A DNA stretch of 63,956 nt, the filler included, from Octopus bimaculoides (lineage: Eukaryota): NCBI RefSeq assembly GCF_001194135.2. It is 5 parts of 5 records of this genome, joined end to end, with 100 filler letters (N's around TTAATTAATTAA, not from the genome) between each part and the next. Parts side by side here need not be neighbours in the genome. Positions count along the whole stretch, not along the records: positions 1 to 31,154 come from NC_068984.1; 4 more parts are not named here. One strand, written 5' to 3'. The notes under the pieces are model-generated. The model saw nothing but the letters and a program-made list of their open reading frames with translations. It searched no databases and was not told the origin of the DNA. This document shows, in pieces, positions 1-13,540 of this stretch (within the stretch, counting starts at the first letter, position 1; each line of letters opens with the position of its first letter). Made by a program: the position numbers and the translations under genes.

Positions 1-420
1 ATTTATATATATATAGAGAGATGGATACATATTACTTGAGAAGTGCATCTTCAAACTACACTCTATCAAAGATGGTACTAATGATATTTAATTGTATATA
101 TTTTGTGCATATCATTAACTCTCGTTACTGTCAAGAGTATCCTGCAGGCTTCCGTTTTTCTTAATGATGGTGATTTTGATCATTAAATCTTCAATTTTCG
201 AAATGCATTTCACTCTTGTGATATATGGAACTCAGCTGAGACTATAGCCTTTATTGTTTAGTAGACTTCTTTCATCTCCTCCCTTCACCTTTTCTCAATG
301 GTTGCATGTCAAGAAGTCCCTATTCCTCATGTTTCTTTTTCTCTTTCTGTTATTTACTATCTGTAAATCCTTTTCCATCAATTTTTCTTTTTCTCCATCC
401 ATTATTTTCATTTCACATCT

Positions 421-633
<213 letters not shown>

Positions 634-634
<1 letters not shown>

Positions 635-983
635 GGGTTAGAGAGCAGCATATGCCATCAAAGTGACACTGGGATAAAAATATACGAAGCCCAATATAAC
701 TATCGTGACTACACGCCTGATAAGTGTAAACTAGGCGCATGCATCACAACCATATGTAAGCGTCATAGTTATTTCATATGAATGTAATCATCGCAGGACC
801 TTGCAGGTGGGATCCAGTAAGAATTTTCTTCGACTCGAATAGCCCATTGTGGTTAAAAGGTCCTTGAATAGGATTTGTTCATGGATAGTGAACAAAACAC
901 CTATGTTACCAGATGTGGGTTATTCTAATCCCCAAAAATTACTCTCAACTCATGACTATTTCTGTTCGTGATCAGAGATGCAC
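634..983. mobile_element. Interspersed repeat fragment abutting the (ATT)n tract (retroposon-like, class uncertain)
   Basis: Complex sequence starting directly at the tract end (gagagcagcatatgccatcaaagtgacactggg...gatcagagatgcac); resembles an octopus interspersed repeat as I recall it, not verified. Confidence 0.5.
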
Positions 984-1040
984 GGCTAACTCGGTGGCTA
1001 ACTCGGTGCATGGCTAACTCGGTGGCTTTGAAGGTGTTTA

Positions 1041-1440
1041 TACTCTCTTTACTTGTTTCAGTTATTTGTCTGCAGCCATGCTGGAGCACCGCCTTTAGTC
1101 GAGCAAATTGACCCCAGGACTTATTCTTCGTAGGTCTAGTACTTATTTATTCGGTCTATTTTGCCGAATCGCTATGGTATGGGGACGTAAACACACCACC
1201 ATCGGTTGACAATCGATGTTGGGGGGGCAAACACAAACACACATGCATATACACACACATACATATATATATACATATATACGACAGGCTTCTTTCAGCT
1301 TCCGTCTACCAAATGCACTCACAAGGCATTGGTCGTCCTGAAGCTCTAGTAGAAGACACTTGCCCAACGTGCCACGCAGTGGGAATGAACCTGGAACCAT
1401 GTCGTTCGTAAGCAAGCTACTTACCACTCAGCTGCTCCTA
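1041..1440 (-). mobile_element. tRNA-derived SINE family A (octopus OR-like, CORE-like middle), near full length
   Basis: Reverse complement of the family seen at 62211: A/B-box head, CCTTGGGCAAG-like segment, central CA/TA microsatellite, 3' GTCGATTTGCTCGACTAAAGGCGGTGCTCCAGCATGG. Confidence 0.9.
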
Positions 1441-3348
1441 CCGAGTTCGTCATTATCTTTAACCCGAATGTATTCTTCATGTTACTAAATCCTTTCCTCG
1501 CCTTCTTTAGAAATGCTGCTTTTATATTTATGCTTTACCCACTACTCGTTTCTTTTTTCTCTCCTTGGTCAGCATTCTAGGTTGTAGAATGCTCTTCCTA
1601 CAGACTTATGATTGTTTTCCATGAAATGTTTCGAGATATTGAAAATCTTTTAGTTGCCTGTACCATTGAAGCATACTCCACATTTCTACTATGTATGGTT
1701 TACTTCAAATATAAAATACGTGCGTGAAACAAGTACATTTCAAAGCTATGCGTTTATGAGGATTGCAAGAATAGGAAAAGTGTTTTTAATCTTATATGAA
1801 CTTTCAAATAACTAACTAGTATTACATAATGAAAAAATATTATTGTAACGTAATTTCTATATAAAATTAATTTAAAATTATTCCAATATGTATAAGATGA
1901 ATTTAACCATCAACTTATTTCAGAAATTATCAATAATTCCCTGACATCTTTCTAACATGTTCTACTTTTTTTTTTTTCACAAATCAACATAAAACATCAA
2001 ACGTCAAAGAGGTATTAGTTATATAACGAACGACTGGAATATTTTAGAAATGTTTTAGGTGCAATTTATGCATTTTGTTTTAATCTTTCAAATAAAGTTA
2101 TTACTTCCATCTGCAAAAACATGAGAGAACACAGCCCTTAAATTAGTAAATTAAAATTTCAGAATATTTGTTTCCATCTTTATTAAAACTGAAAAACCTG
2201 CATCTTCATTATTTGTAATACTGGCAACAAGAAATATACATACATACACTCATGCACNNNNNNNNNNNNNNNNNNNNNNNNNNNNNNNNNNNNNNNNNNN
2301 NNNNNNNNNNNNNNNNNNNNNNNNNNNNNNNNNNNNNNNNNNNNNNNNNNNNNNNNNNNNNNNNNNNNNNNNNNNNNNNNNNNNNNNNNNNNNNNNNNNN
2401 NNNNNNNNNNNNNNNNNNNNNNNNNNNNNNNNNNNNNNNNNNNNNNNNNNNNNNNNNNNNNNNNNNNNNNNNNNNNNNNNNNNATATATATATATATATA
2501 TATATATATACATGAACACACACACACATATATGTATGTATGTAAATGTGGTATGTAATATACACGCATGTGTGTTTTTGTGTGTGCATGTGAATAAAAT
2601 TATATGTATGTAGTTATGAGTCTTACACGATTAATTCATATGAAGCATTTGGTTTATTTATTTTTCCTTTAGACAAATACTTTCACCATGTTTCTCTGCT
2701 TTGAAAGCCTTAAACCATTTTCTGATTACAATTTATGAAAGAATGTAATATTAAAAATGATGCAGCGTATATTCCATATCTACTCGTCAAATAGCACCTG
2801 ATGTCGCGCACATCTGTTAGTACGGGAGAAATATTCCAAGTGTATTGGCGTGATTCTAATGTAATTTTTAATATTGTAATATTATTTAGCAATTTCGAAT
2901 GCCAATATGGGCGTTAACATAACATAAATAATAAAAATTAAACGTTTCATGTCAAAGCGCATTTCAGTATAAAAATATTTATAATATTAGGACGCTTCTA
3001 CACTCTGTCTTATGTGCTACATTCTCAATTATATATATATTTTTTGCTATGTTATTCTTTCATAGTTTACTTTTATGGACATCTGCCATACTGCAGCATC
3101 TTCTTGGAGACTTAAAACCTTACAAATCAAACCCAGTACTTAAGGTCCCGGGTTTCTTACGGAGAGTATCTAGTTTAATGGGAGCAATAAGGATTTTGAA
3201 GTTGAAGGAGGAACAAAATTGCAACGTACATGTATACACACACAAACACACACTCGCACGCGCACGGAATTTCCCGTGCCACGTGAAAATTTTCTGATTC
3301 GTCTGTATTTGATCTACCTTCTTTCCCTAATATATCTGTATACATATA

Positions 3349-3570
3349 AAGCGGCGAGCTGGCAGAAACGTTAGCACGCCGGCGAATTGATTAACGGCAT
3401 TTCGTCTGCCGTTACGTTCAGAGTTCAAATTCCACCGAGGTCGACTTTTCCTTTCATCCTTTCGTGGTTGATTTAATAAGTACTAGTTACGCACTGGAGT
3501 CGATGTAATCGACATTATCGCTTTGTTTTTGCTTTCTACGTTCAGCCCCCTGTGGGCAATAAAAAACCAA
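3349..3570 (+). mobile_element. tRNA-derived SINE family B (Meta/MESC-like central domain)
   Basis: GGCGAGCTGGCAGAAACG head, GAGTTCAAATTCC B box, GGTCGACTTTTCCTTTCATCCTTTC core; many copies in the window. Confidence 0.85.
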
Positions 3571-4004
3571 ATATATCTGTATATTGTCAACATATCCTTG
3601 TTTGTAATTCATTAGAGCATTCCAATAGTCTTGGAATGGATTAACCCATATTATATAAAGTGCTTTGGTAGGTAATTGTGGCAACATGCTTTCATATCCA
3701 GTTAACAAAACATGTTCTCGTGGTTTTATGCAACAAACACCTCATGAATTAAATCCTTACCATGAGGATCTTCGAAACGTATTGTCTCCTTTGATATCAA
3801 TTATCATTTAGACTATAATGCTAAAACGTCATTTTTTTAATAACCGCCGGATTTTAGAATATCATGTATGCCAAAATACAGAAGACAGCAACATGAAGAG
3901 GAATTAACTCGTGTAATTAACATACGAATGGTTGAGTCAGTCACAAACAGGCGTAACAAATCATCGGAGAGATTCATCGTGACGCAGAACGCGACAAGTT
4001 TGGA

Positions 4005-4150
4005 CTGTTGAAATACAGTTGCTTCTCATTTTTACCAGCTGAGTGGACGACAGCAACTTCAAATGAATTATCTTGACCAAGGACACAACGCTCCGGGATT
4101 TGACCTCACAGCCTTACGATCGTGAGCCGAATACGCTAAGCACTAAACCA
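4005..4150 (-). mobile_element. tRNA-derived SINE family C fragment (CORE-like)
   Basis: Minus strand reads tggtttagtgcttagcgtattcggctcacgatcgtaagg...gttgtgtccttggtcaag: tRNA-like head plus GTGTCCTTG core. Confidence 0.6.
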
Positions 4151-4796
4151 TGGACCTTCTAACAACATTCAACAATTAGGTAAATGTAATACAAATTCCA
4201 GGTAAATCCTCATGCGAACAGGTAAATCCAAATATTATTTGGCAACATTATGAGAAATTCAGAGTATTTGACAACAAGAATACGTATAGAGAAAATTTCA
4301 TCTTTACTATATATACCTTTGTTTTTGACATGCCAGTTATTAGAGTGCGGCTTGAACATATTTAGTCGAATGAATCGACCCCAGGGTCGGTATTAAAACA
4401 ATGGCATGAAATATATCTGTATTTCAAAATGATTTTTTCTTTAACATAACAAATAACATTTTTATACCTCTCTTCCTTTCCGAAATTGCATTTTTCAAGT
4501 ACCTGATTACTATCTTTTTAATGCGATATATTTCTTTAGTAAATTATTTTCATTTGGCGTTGCACAGTTCTGCGACTAGTTCGACTCTTTAGCGTTTATT
4601 AAGAGCCCTTGGATGTTTCGCCTGAAGCTTTATATTCACTCATTTCTCTTATAAAGCAGATTATAATTTTGTCATAGCATCATGTCTATAATATAAACAT
4701 AGAATGTGAAAGATGAAACTCATGATGATATTTTACGATACGACTGTAGTGGAAATGACAGAAGAAATATGTTGAAAGTTATACTTTTGTCCGTAT

Positions 4797-4915
4797 AACG
4801 GCGTGACTGTGTGATAAAAAAACTCGCCTCTCAACCACGTGTTTCATGGTTCATTCCTACTACCTGGCACTTTCGTCAAGTGTTTTCTATTATAGCCTCG
4901 GGCTATAGTAGAAAA
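4797..4915 (+). mobile_element. SINE family A 5' fragment ending in a foldback hairpin
   Basis: Degenerate head ggcgtgactgtgtgataa...; ends ttttctattatagcc-tcg-ggctatagtagaaaa. Confidence 0.7.
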
Positions 4916-4999
4916 TATTATGAATATATTCGAGAATAAGAGATTTCTTTTATATACAAACATTACTGACACATTCTCAACACCAATAATTATATCCCA

Positions 5000-6980
5000 A
5001 CAATATACTCACGCCAGATAAAAAGACGAATTAACTGTAACGTTATAGCGTAGTAGACTAACTTCAGAAAATATAAGAGTTTTATAACAACAAAAATGAA
5101 GATAGAAGACTCTAAAGAAAGAATACAATGTGAAAACATAGTTACACAATATCAAACAATCATTAATATTATATTTATTAAAGAAAAATGTATTGAGAAT
5201 GTAAGCAGCCAAGACAGATCTAAAACGTGCGAAATACATCAAGTACAAAAAATCGGACACGATAACCCCGCTAGAGTACTGTGAAAAAGAGATCTACTGA
5301 ATCGGAACAAGAAACACAAATATATGGATGAAAAGGATATCAACTAAAAATGCTTTAAGATGAAGAAATTTTGAAGATGTAAACCGAGAATATCTTAAGG
5401 TAGAATTTATCAAAAGAAATAAAATCAATAAACCTTCAATAGAACAACGAAAGTTTCTCATACCTTATGCATAAAACTTGACGAGGAAATATCAATGAAA
5501 ATAAAATCAACGTATCTTAGACTTACTGATCACTGCCGTATACATCAATGCCACCGGATTAAACTAAATGATAGACAGTGGGTGTTTAGTTAGAATGGAA
5601 AACCAGTACTCAGAGAGAATCTTATATATAAGAATATCAAAGCCGAAACATGAAACGGAAAACAAAACCAATAACGATATAGAATAAAGAAAGATCTCTC
5701 AATATTAATGATATGAAAAGAAGAAATAATCAAACGACACATCGGTCAATAATCCTAAGCGATAAATACGATAGCAATATCATATTGCGTAGATCAAGTA
5801 CCCTGTAATTAACCGTCTCCTGAAACAAGTAATGTAAAAATAAGTCCCTAACTATCATTAAAGTAAGTGTTTAAGTATGAAGATATATTTGTATTGTCAA
5901 TTAAAGTCTAAATGAATTTGAAACACTAGAGAGAAAAACAAGACTATATAATTGTATTTACAATGCGCCCCCTAGCGCTGATTTGAAGAAGAGTATAGTG
6001 TATTTACCACGAATACTGTCAGATAAAGGAAAACTAATATAAAATGTACACAACACCAATAGAAAAGAGTTCATTTTCCAATAAGCCAACGAAGTTGAAA
6101 TAGAAGTTGAAATGATCGGTAACAGTGAAAAGAATTGTGAAACAACATCAGAGTCCTGAAAATAAAATGTTAAAACTTAGCTCAAGATAAGTTGCACACT
6201 TACAAAAACAAAAAAAATTATATACATCACTAATACCTAAAGCGAAAGCGGATTCAATCAAAATATAGAATCAAATGTTGTACTGGATGGGAAACTGCAG
6301 AACTCAGAGCTAAAACTGAATGAGTTATTTCTATGGCAACGGATCGAAAACTTTTCACCGGGAAGCACCATATTATATAATAAAGCAGAATTCATGAAAT
6401 AACTTCAGAATATGTGGAAATTTCGAAGAAGCAATTCGCCGCATTGAAATGTGTTATCGAGTCTTAGTACAAATATAATCACTCCCATATTTAACACAGA
6501 TGAGACAGTAGCACTGCTTCAGGGAATATGAACAAAAGGGTTATATAAAATAAAATGGTTTCACCGAATGAGAAAGGAATTTTACTCTTATATATACTAT
6601 GCCATGCAGTCCGCTAAATAGCCTGATATTCCTGTCAAAACCAGCAATTAAACTATCTGCCTTCCGATCTAAATATAAACAATTACAATCGATACATTAA
6701 GCCAAATAGGGGAAATTTCAAAATATAAATTATTGGAAATATATAGTATGTTTGATCGGTTTTAGTTGATATCCCTTTCATCCATATATTTGTGTTTCTT
6801 GTTCCGTTTCAGTTGATCTGTTTTTGACAGTATTCTACCGGGGTTATCGTGTCCGATTTTTTTGTACTTGATGTATTTCGCACGTTTTAGATCTGTCTTG
6901 GCTGCTTACATTCTCAATATAATTTTCTTTAATAAAAATATAAATTATTGGAAATATATAGTATGTTTGTTCGGTTTGTT
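5000..6980 (+). mobile_element. Probable decayed Penelope-like element with an inverted duplication
   Basis: 176-bp inverted arms 5175-5350/6760-6935; LRENLIYK at about 5608 resembles the motif before PLE GIY-YIG endonucleases; reading frames are broken. Confidence 0.35.
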
Positions 6981-7094
6981 AAATCTTGTTTTAAAGTATG
7001 AAAACAAGAAAGCATTATACTCAGTGACAAATTAGGCAAAGGGATAAGCGTATGAAAACCTGTGCTAAAACTGCTGCCTTAGATATTCTTACAG

Positions 7095-7971
7095 ATAAAT
7101 GGCCAAAAAAAACCCTCTCAATGACAAATACCCAAAGAGAGCTAATAATGCCCTTATCCATCAATAGTTAGTGTCTTCTGGCTTAAAATCAGTAACAGAA
7201 GGGTTTATCATAGCAGCGCAAGTTCAATGCCTACCTACAAGAGGCTACCAGGCCAACATATTAAAGAACAGCAATTGCCCAATATGCCGTGTATGTAAAC
7301 AACACAATGAAACCATTGATTATGTTGTCTCCATTTGCAGTCCTCTTGCGCCTACACAGTATCTCAACAATATAGTCACTGGGTAGTTTGCAAAAAACCT
7401 GGATCTGCCCCATGATAAAAACTGATGGGAACACAGGTCGCCTCCAGTGCTTGAAAATGATCACATCTCCCTCCTCTGGAACGTCACCGTGCAAAATGAC
7501 AGATAGATAGATGAGAATAAGCCAGATATTATATTGAAAGATTTCAAAGATCATACCACCTTATTGATATGACTGTCCCAATCGATATAAACGTATCTAC
7601 CAAAAACTGAACATGTATAGAGATCTTAATATAGAACATGACAAAATGTGGAACTTCAAGACTAAAACAGTACATGTTGTCATAGGTAATTCCTGTCTAT
7701 CACAGATGCCAGGAAATCACAAAATGGCAGAAATTCAAAAGATAGTGCTCATGGGAACTGCCCATATCGTACGTAAAATACTGTCCATGCGATCTCAAAT
7801 TTAAAAACAAACTTATCATTTTCTTATGTTTTCTTAAATATTCTCTATATGTGCGAAATCAAATATATGATATATTTTGCATAATAACAGCTTGAACATC
7901 TAACTTGTTGTTTCTTGAGGTCTCTGGGTGAGACTTGGAGTCAACTTGTAAAAATACAAAGCAAACGTCAC

Positions 7972-7975
<4 letters not shown>
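7095..7975 (+). mobile_element. R4/Dong-type non-LTR retrotransposon, 3' part (zinc finger, restriction-like endonuclease, 3' UTR)
   Basis: EGFIIAAQVQCLPTR, CRVCKQHNETIDYVVSIC, NKPDIILKD, EIQKIVLMGTAHIVRKILS; followed by an (AAT)n tail. Confidence 0.9.
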
Positions 7976-8039
<64 letters not shown>

Positions 8040-8040
8040 T
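7976..8040. repeat. (AAT)n tail/target tract
   Basis: Pure AAT run directly after the LINE 3' UTR. Confidence 0.95.
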
Positions 8041-10099
8041 GATTTTTGACATGACACCCCTTTGTTGTTCTTCTTATGTTGATTGTAAAGATGCTAAGTC
8101 AAAGCGAAATTATTTGAGACAGTAATGGAAGTGAAGTAGTCGTATGCTGTCAACTTAATGTGATTAGACCTAGGAAGCTGCACCGCTTCCTGTCGGCTTT
8201 GACACATTTCCTGTGTCCTTATGTTTACAAGCGGGGGACAAGCACCTCCAGCCAGCTAAGACTTCATTAACAACGAAGACGATGACTTTGATGGTTTGTT
8301 TATTTAACTCTGAGGTATCGCATGAAGAGACATTAAAAACAGGCTGAGGACGATAGTCTCTGATAAAAAAAACCTATACCTTTTATACGAATGATATTAA
8401 TAAATCAATAATAGAAGATTCAGTCTCATGAATTATTGATCAAAGAACTCTATATATGCAAGGACATCTCGATAAAAAAAAACGAAGCATTTGTCCCTTC
8501 TAAAATATATTTCTCCACCATCTGTATCATTTAGTGTATTGTTATCGTCTGTATCCATTTTCGCTACAGTCGCCCACCTTTTGCCAAATTTAGAGAGAAG
8601 TTTGAAAAACTCTATGTGGATTTAATCAAACAGGAATGTATCTATCCTCAATACATTGAGTTTTGTTCACGAAGATATGCTCATATAATTGGAGTCAATA
8701 GAAAACGGTCTCTTCATTCCATTTAAATTAGGAAGGTTGGGTGATCCTCAAGATGGAATCGTTCGACCCGTTCTACTCACAGCAACAAATTTTCGATAAA
8801 CCTCCAACTGTCAGTAATGCCTGCCACGCAGTCGGAGAGTTCACAAAAGTGTTTAGTTGATTAAACTACTCCAGTATTATACTGGTATTTATTTTTATCA
8901 ACCCAAGAAGAATGAAGCAGAAAGTTGACTTCATCGGAAACCATAATAAACTACTCAAATAATTCCTAGTGTTCCATATACTTTTTAATGAATGTGTACA
9001 TATAGATTGGAAGAAAGAGGATTTATATTTTGTTGAAGGAAATTTCATGACAATATGCATTAGTCTACACAAGAATCTCGACATAATCAATATCGCCATA
9101 TTGTCTTCTCAAAAAGTTTTGTATGAAAAGGAAACCCGCATATTATGTTTGATAAGCAAGGTTGTTGATTTCAGACTATTTCTTGAGTTTAAAATTGTGT
9201 GAATAACAATATGGATACTTTTGAATTGAATTTACTGAAAACTTCGTCGAATATTATCCAGCAGTGAGAAATATTCAGGTTTGTCAAATTGAATATGGCT
9301 GCTTATTGATTTCTAATATAACCATGCGAGTTGAACCAAAAATGGTTTCTCTTTTCCTTTGGTACTATCACCATTGTAACATAATTTATTCTCTCTCGGA
9401 ATGAGATAAATTATTCAGAAGTGTGCGGTTTCCTATCTATTTATTATTCTTTTTTTGCTTTTTTTGGTTTGTGTCTTTTTCATTCATTGGTTTTTCACTT
9501 TTAACTTTAGAAATGCCACATCTTTGAATGCCTTTTGCTTTTAACATAGAAAACAATAAAACAATAATATTTAATGTGAATCTTTATTGTATAACCAATT
9601 TTATGAATAGAACTTAATGCTATGTTATTTTTATTTTCGTTCTTGAGGAGTCTGAGTTCCATAGAGAAGTATTGTTGTTTCATTTATGCTTTCAAACAAA
9701 AACTAAATAGATAAAAATTGCTAGTGTTTGCCATTTGATAGTGGAGTTATGACAGATATTATTAAAAATACACTAAACAACTTTTAAAATTAAATTTCAG
9801 ATAGTAAGAGACGCATTATTGTTTGTTAAGCCTTGCCAAATAGTTTGCAACTTAAATATTTAGATTCTGCAACATAAACGTTGAAAAGGTATTTGATAGT
9901 AGAACACATACACTCACACACGTATTAGTTTTGTCTAGTAACACAATGGAAATGTTCATGAATAGCACCTTAAAACATCTTCTGTTATTCTATATATCAT
10001 TTAACGATTATATTCGTCTGTATATGCGTAAGTACAAGGAACATTCTAGAATGTTTAAGACATTTTTTAGGAGAGACATTAATTTCCAAGTACAAAATT

Positions 10100-11140
10100 C
10101 TAATCTCATTCAAAGTAAGATTCTCTGACTTCAATGCACTTGCTGCAGCGCTCTTCCCACTCCGTGAAGGACACATGGAAGCCTTCCAATGTGGACGTAG
10201 CATGCTCCTTGTCACATCTTCTTTTTCTGAATGCATGAAAGCCTATTGCCTCCAAAGTACTCCTTCAGCTTGTAGGACAACCAAAAGTCAGAGTTAACAA
10301 GGTCTGCATTGCAAGGAGAGTGAGGGACAGTTTTGATAGCCGTTTCTCTAAAGCAGTTGATTACAGGATGAAAATTGTGAACTGGCTCATTGTTCACAAG
10401 CAGGTGACCTTGGACCTGGATTCGAGTAGAATGAACTCTGTTCTTTTGCGACGATATCTCTTCATAAACCCCCTCGAAACCCACACAAAGTAGTCTTTGT
10501 TGATTTCCTGGCCAACACCAACACTATAGAAGTAAATGATGTCTTTGCTGTAGAAAAAGGGGATCATCATGACATTTGTGGTGGACTTTGCATGGCCCTC
10601 TTGAGTCTCGATGAACCAGAATGATTCCTTGAAACACTATCTTTTAGTCTCTGGATCATAACAGTAGATCGAACCTTTGTCACATATCATCACACTCACA
10701 CATACTCTTGAAGTGGAGTTAATGAGCGCTAATGTCCCTACGGTCAGAAACGCGTCATTCCTTCTTCCCTCACAGAGCACGCTGGAATCAAACTTTGCAT
10801 GCATTTTGCACATGTTCAAATCTTCACGAATAATTCTGTATACAGTTGTCAATCAAACGCTAACTAGTAGCCTTAGTGTTATTGTAGAAAGTCAACAGTC
10901 ATCATTCGCAAATTTGACAATTGTCTCCGCCAGCTCTGTGTTCTGACGCTTCTTTCCCCTCCTTCATTTCTCATTGTTTCTCCATCTCCACTCCACCGCC
11001 TTTCAACCGCCTATTGTAGGGAAAAGCAGATGGTCGGCTCATACACACTAATCCACAATCAGTCTGGAGCGTTTCATTAGTTTCAGTAGCGTTTTTTACC
11101 GAGCTTAATACAAACTTCATTGCACAGCGAGATTCCAAAT
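10100..11140 (-). pseudogene. Mariner transposase relic
   Basis: Minus strand: SRCAMKF...NATET N-terminus, TTVYRIIREDLNMCKMHAKF, YCYDPETKR, VPHSPCNADLVNSDFWL (YSPDLAPSDF-like), CIEVRESYFE*; stops and frameshifts. Confidence 0.88.
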
Positions 11141-12857
11141 TGCTTTACATCCCAACTGTTTTATGTAAACTAGTCAGCTGTGAGAAGCATTTTTTAAGGA
11201 TATTTCAAAGGGATAGCTACAGCCGTGTCATTCAGTCTGGAATTAGAAAACAATTAGAAAAAAAACTGCCATTCATATATNNNNNNNNNNNNNNNNNNNN
11301 NNNNNNNNNNNNNNNNNNNNNNNNNNNNNNNNNNNNNNNNNNNNNNNNNNNNNNNNNNNNNNNNNNNNNNNNNNNNNNNNNNNNNNNNNNNNNNNNNNAC
11401 TTTTAATAATTTCCCATAAATTGATTTTTTTAGTGCAAAAGTCGAATATTTAAAAAATATAACATTTAATATTTCATTGCAAAAATAAGAAATAAAAGCG
11501 TATTTTAATTTGCTCGAAGCACTGCGTCATGCAAATGATATGAAGTTTGGTAGAATGTGTAATAATGTAGGTGAGATGTTAAATAAAATATATCAATATA
11601 TGGACACAAAGAAAAATGATATATTTCATTACAGAGGTTGTTTCGTGATTTTATAAAATTTAGAAAAATTTTAAGTTTTGAAATATGAAGATCTAAGTAT
11701 AAGTGTTCTCAAACGTGTGTTGTTACAATCATGCCGCCGTTTTTAGCTGCAAGTAAAACATCAATATATTGGCCTATGTTCAAATGAATCTCGCTGTGGC
11801 CACCGAGTTTCTTTCTAGATAGATATCTCCAGAGCTATATTATGCAATATGTTTTTCTTATGTTTTAGGCGTTCACAATGTGTTTTGAAAATTGCATGCC
11901 GTCGAATTCAGGCAGGTATAGAATCCATGTCTTCCTGCAAGCATATATTTTAATCAAAATCGGAAGCCCTGATGAGAACATGCGCCGATTTTTTTTCTCT
12001 TTTAATATTGTTTCTTTGTTATTACGTTTATGTTATGTATATAATATATTCATATATATATANNNNNNNNNNNNNNNNNNNNNNNNNNNNNNNNNNNNNN
12101 NNNNNNNNNNNNNNNNNNNNNNNNNNNNNNNNNNNNNNNNNNNNNNNNNNNNNNNNNNNNNNNNNNNNNNNNNNNNNNNNNNNNNNNNNNNNNNNNNNNN
12201 NNNNNNNNNNNNNNNNNNNNNNNNNNNNNNNNNNNNNNNNNNNNNNNNNNNNNNNNNNNNNNNNNNNNNNNNNNNNNNNNNNNNNNNNNNNNNNNNNNNN
12301 NNNNTATATATATATATATATTTCTGCAGAAATTGCTGTCTATATTATAGTACTTATAAAACAATAAATTGAAGGATTTTGAACCATGGGGAGAGAAAAG
12401 AGAATCAATTCTAAATATAGCATAAAATATCGGAGTATATTACAAGAAAAAGTGTCCTTATTGTTCCTCTCTTCAAAGAACGGTAAACGATGAAGAAAAG
12501 TTGTAAGAATGCTTTGAATGACAGAAGTTTGTTAATTGCTGCGTCTTCGTTGTCGAATTATTTCGTTCAACCAATATTATTGGAGTTATTTTAATTCCTT
12601 TTAAATTTTAGAACTCAAACCATTCATATGCAGCTTTTCTTTTATCACTATCTTACATAATACATCCCATACATGCTCTCTCTATATAGAGAGAGGAAGA
12701 AAGGGAGAGAGGGGGGGGAGAGAAAGAGGAGGTTGAGAGAGAAAGTAAAAGAGATAGAGAGAGGGAGAGACTAATGGGTTAACTAGCATTGCTCGGAAGT
12801 GTATACACATATGCAAGATGTGCCTCTATAAATAAACGCAAGTGTTTATATGTGAAT

Positions 12858-12917
12858 ATCATCATCATCATCATCATCGTCATCATCATCATTAGCATCA
12901 TCATCATCATCATCATT

Positions 12918-12952
<35 letters not shown>

Positions 12953-13211
12953 AATTTAATATCCGCTTTCCATGTTGGCATGGGTTGGACAGTTTGACTG
13001 GGGACTGGCACACCTGGAATCTGCAGCTGGCTCCAATCTAATTTGGCAAGGTTTCTACGAGTGAATGTCCTTCCTAACGCCAACCACACCGAGAGTGTAG
13101 TGGTTGCTATTTACGTGTCAGCGGCACGGGAGCCGGTCAGGCAGCACTAGCATCGACCACGCTCGTATAGTGATTTTTACGTGCCACCGGCATCGGTGCC
13201 AGTTAGGCGAT
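12858..13211 (-). mobile_element. Retroposon 3' part with (GAT)n tail and internal TTACGTGCCACCGGCAC-type repeats
   Basis: (CAT)n tract, then tccgctttccatg...gtccttcctaacgccaaccac, resembling conserved RTE/SINE 3' ends; two related ttacgtg...ggcac units. Confidence 0.65.
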
Positions 13212-13477
13212 NNNNNNNNNNNNNNNNNNNNNNNNNNNNNNNNNNNNNNNNNNNNNNNNNNNNNNNNNNNNNNNNNNNNNNNNNNNNNNNNNNNNNNNNN
13301 NNNNNNNNNNNNNNNNNNNNNNNNTATATATATATATATATATGCACACGCACATATATACACACACACAAAACGAGAGAGAGTGATCAGCGAGTTAACT
13401 AGTATTGTTAGGAAATGTATACATGAACAGAGTCATGTTTTATAAATAGATGCATGTGTGTACGAGTGGATATACAA

Positions 13478-13540
13478 GCATGGCTGTGTGGTAAGAAGCT
13501 TGCTTCCCAACCACATGGTTCCAGGAGGTTCAGTCCCATA
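13478..13540 (+). mobile_element. SINE family A head fragment
   Basis: tggctgtgtggtaagaagcttgcttcccaaccacatggttcc...gttcagtccca. Confidence 0.8.

Noticed and set aside
11869-11915. Possible 47-bp exon (ttttag...cag/gtatag)
   Set aside because: Weak donor, very short, no recognisable peptide or partner exons
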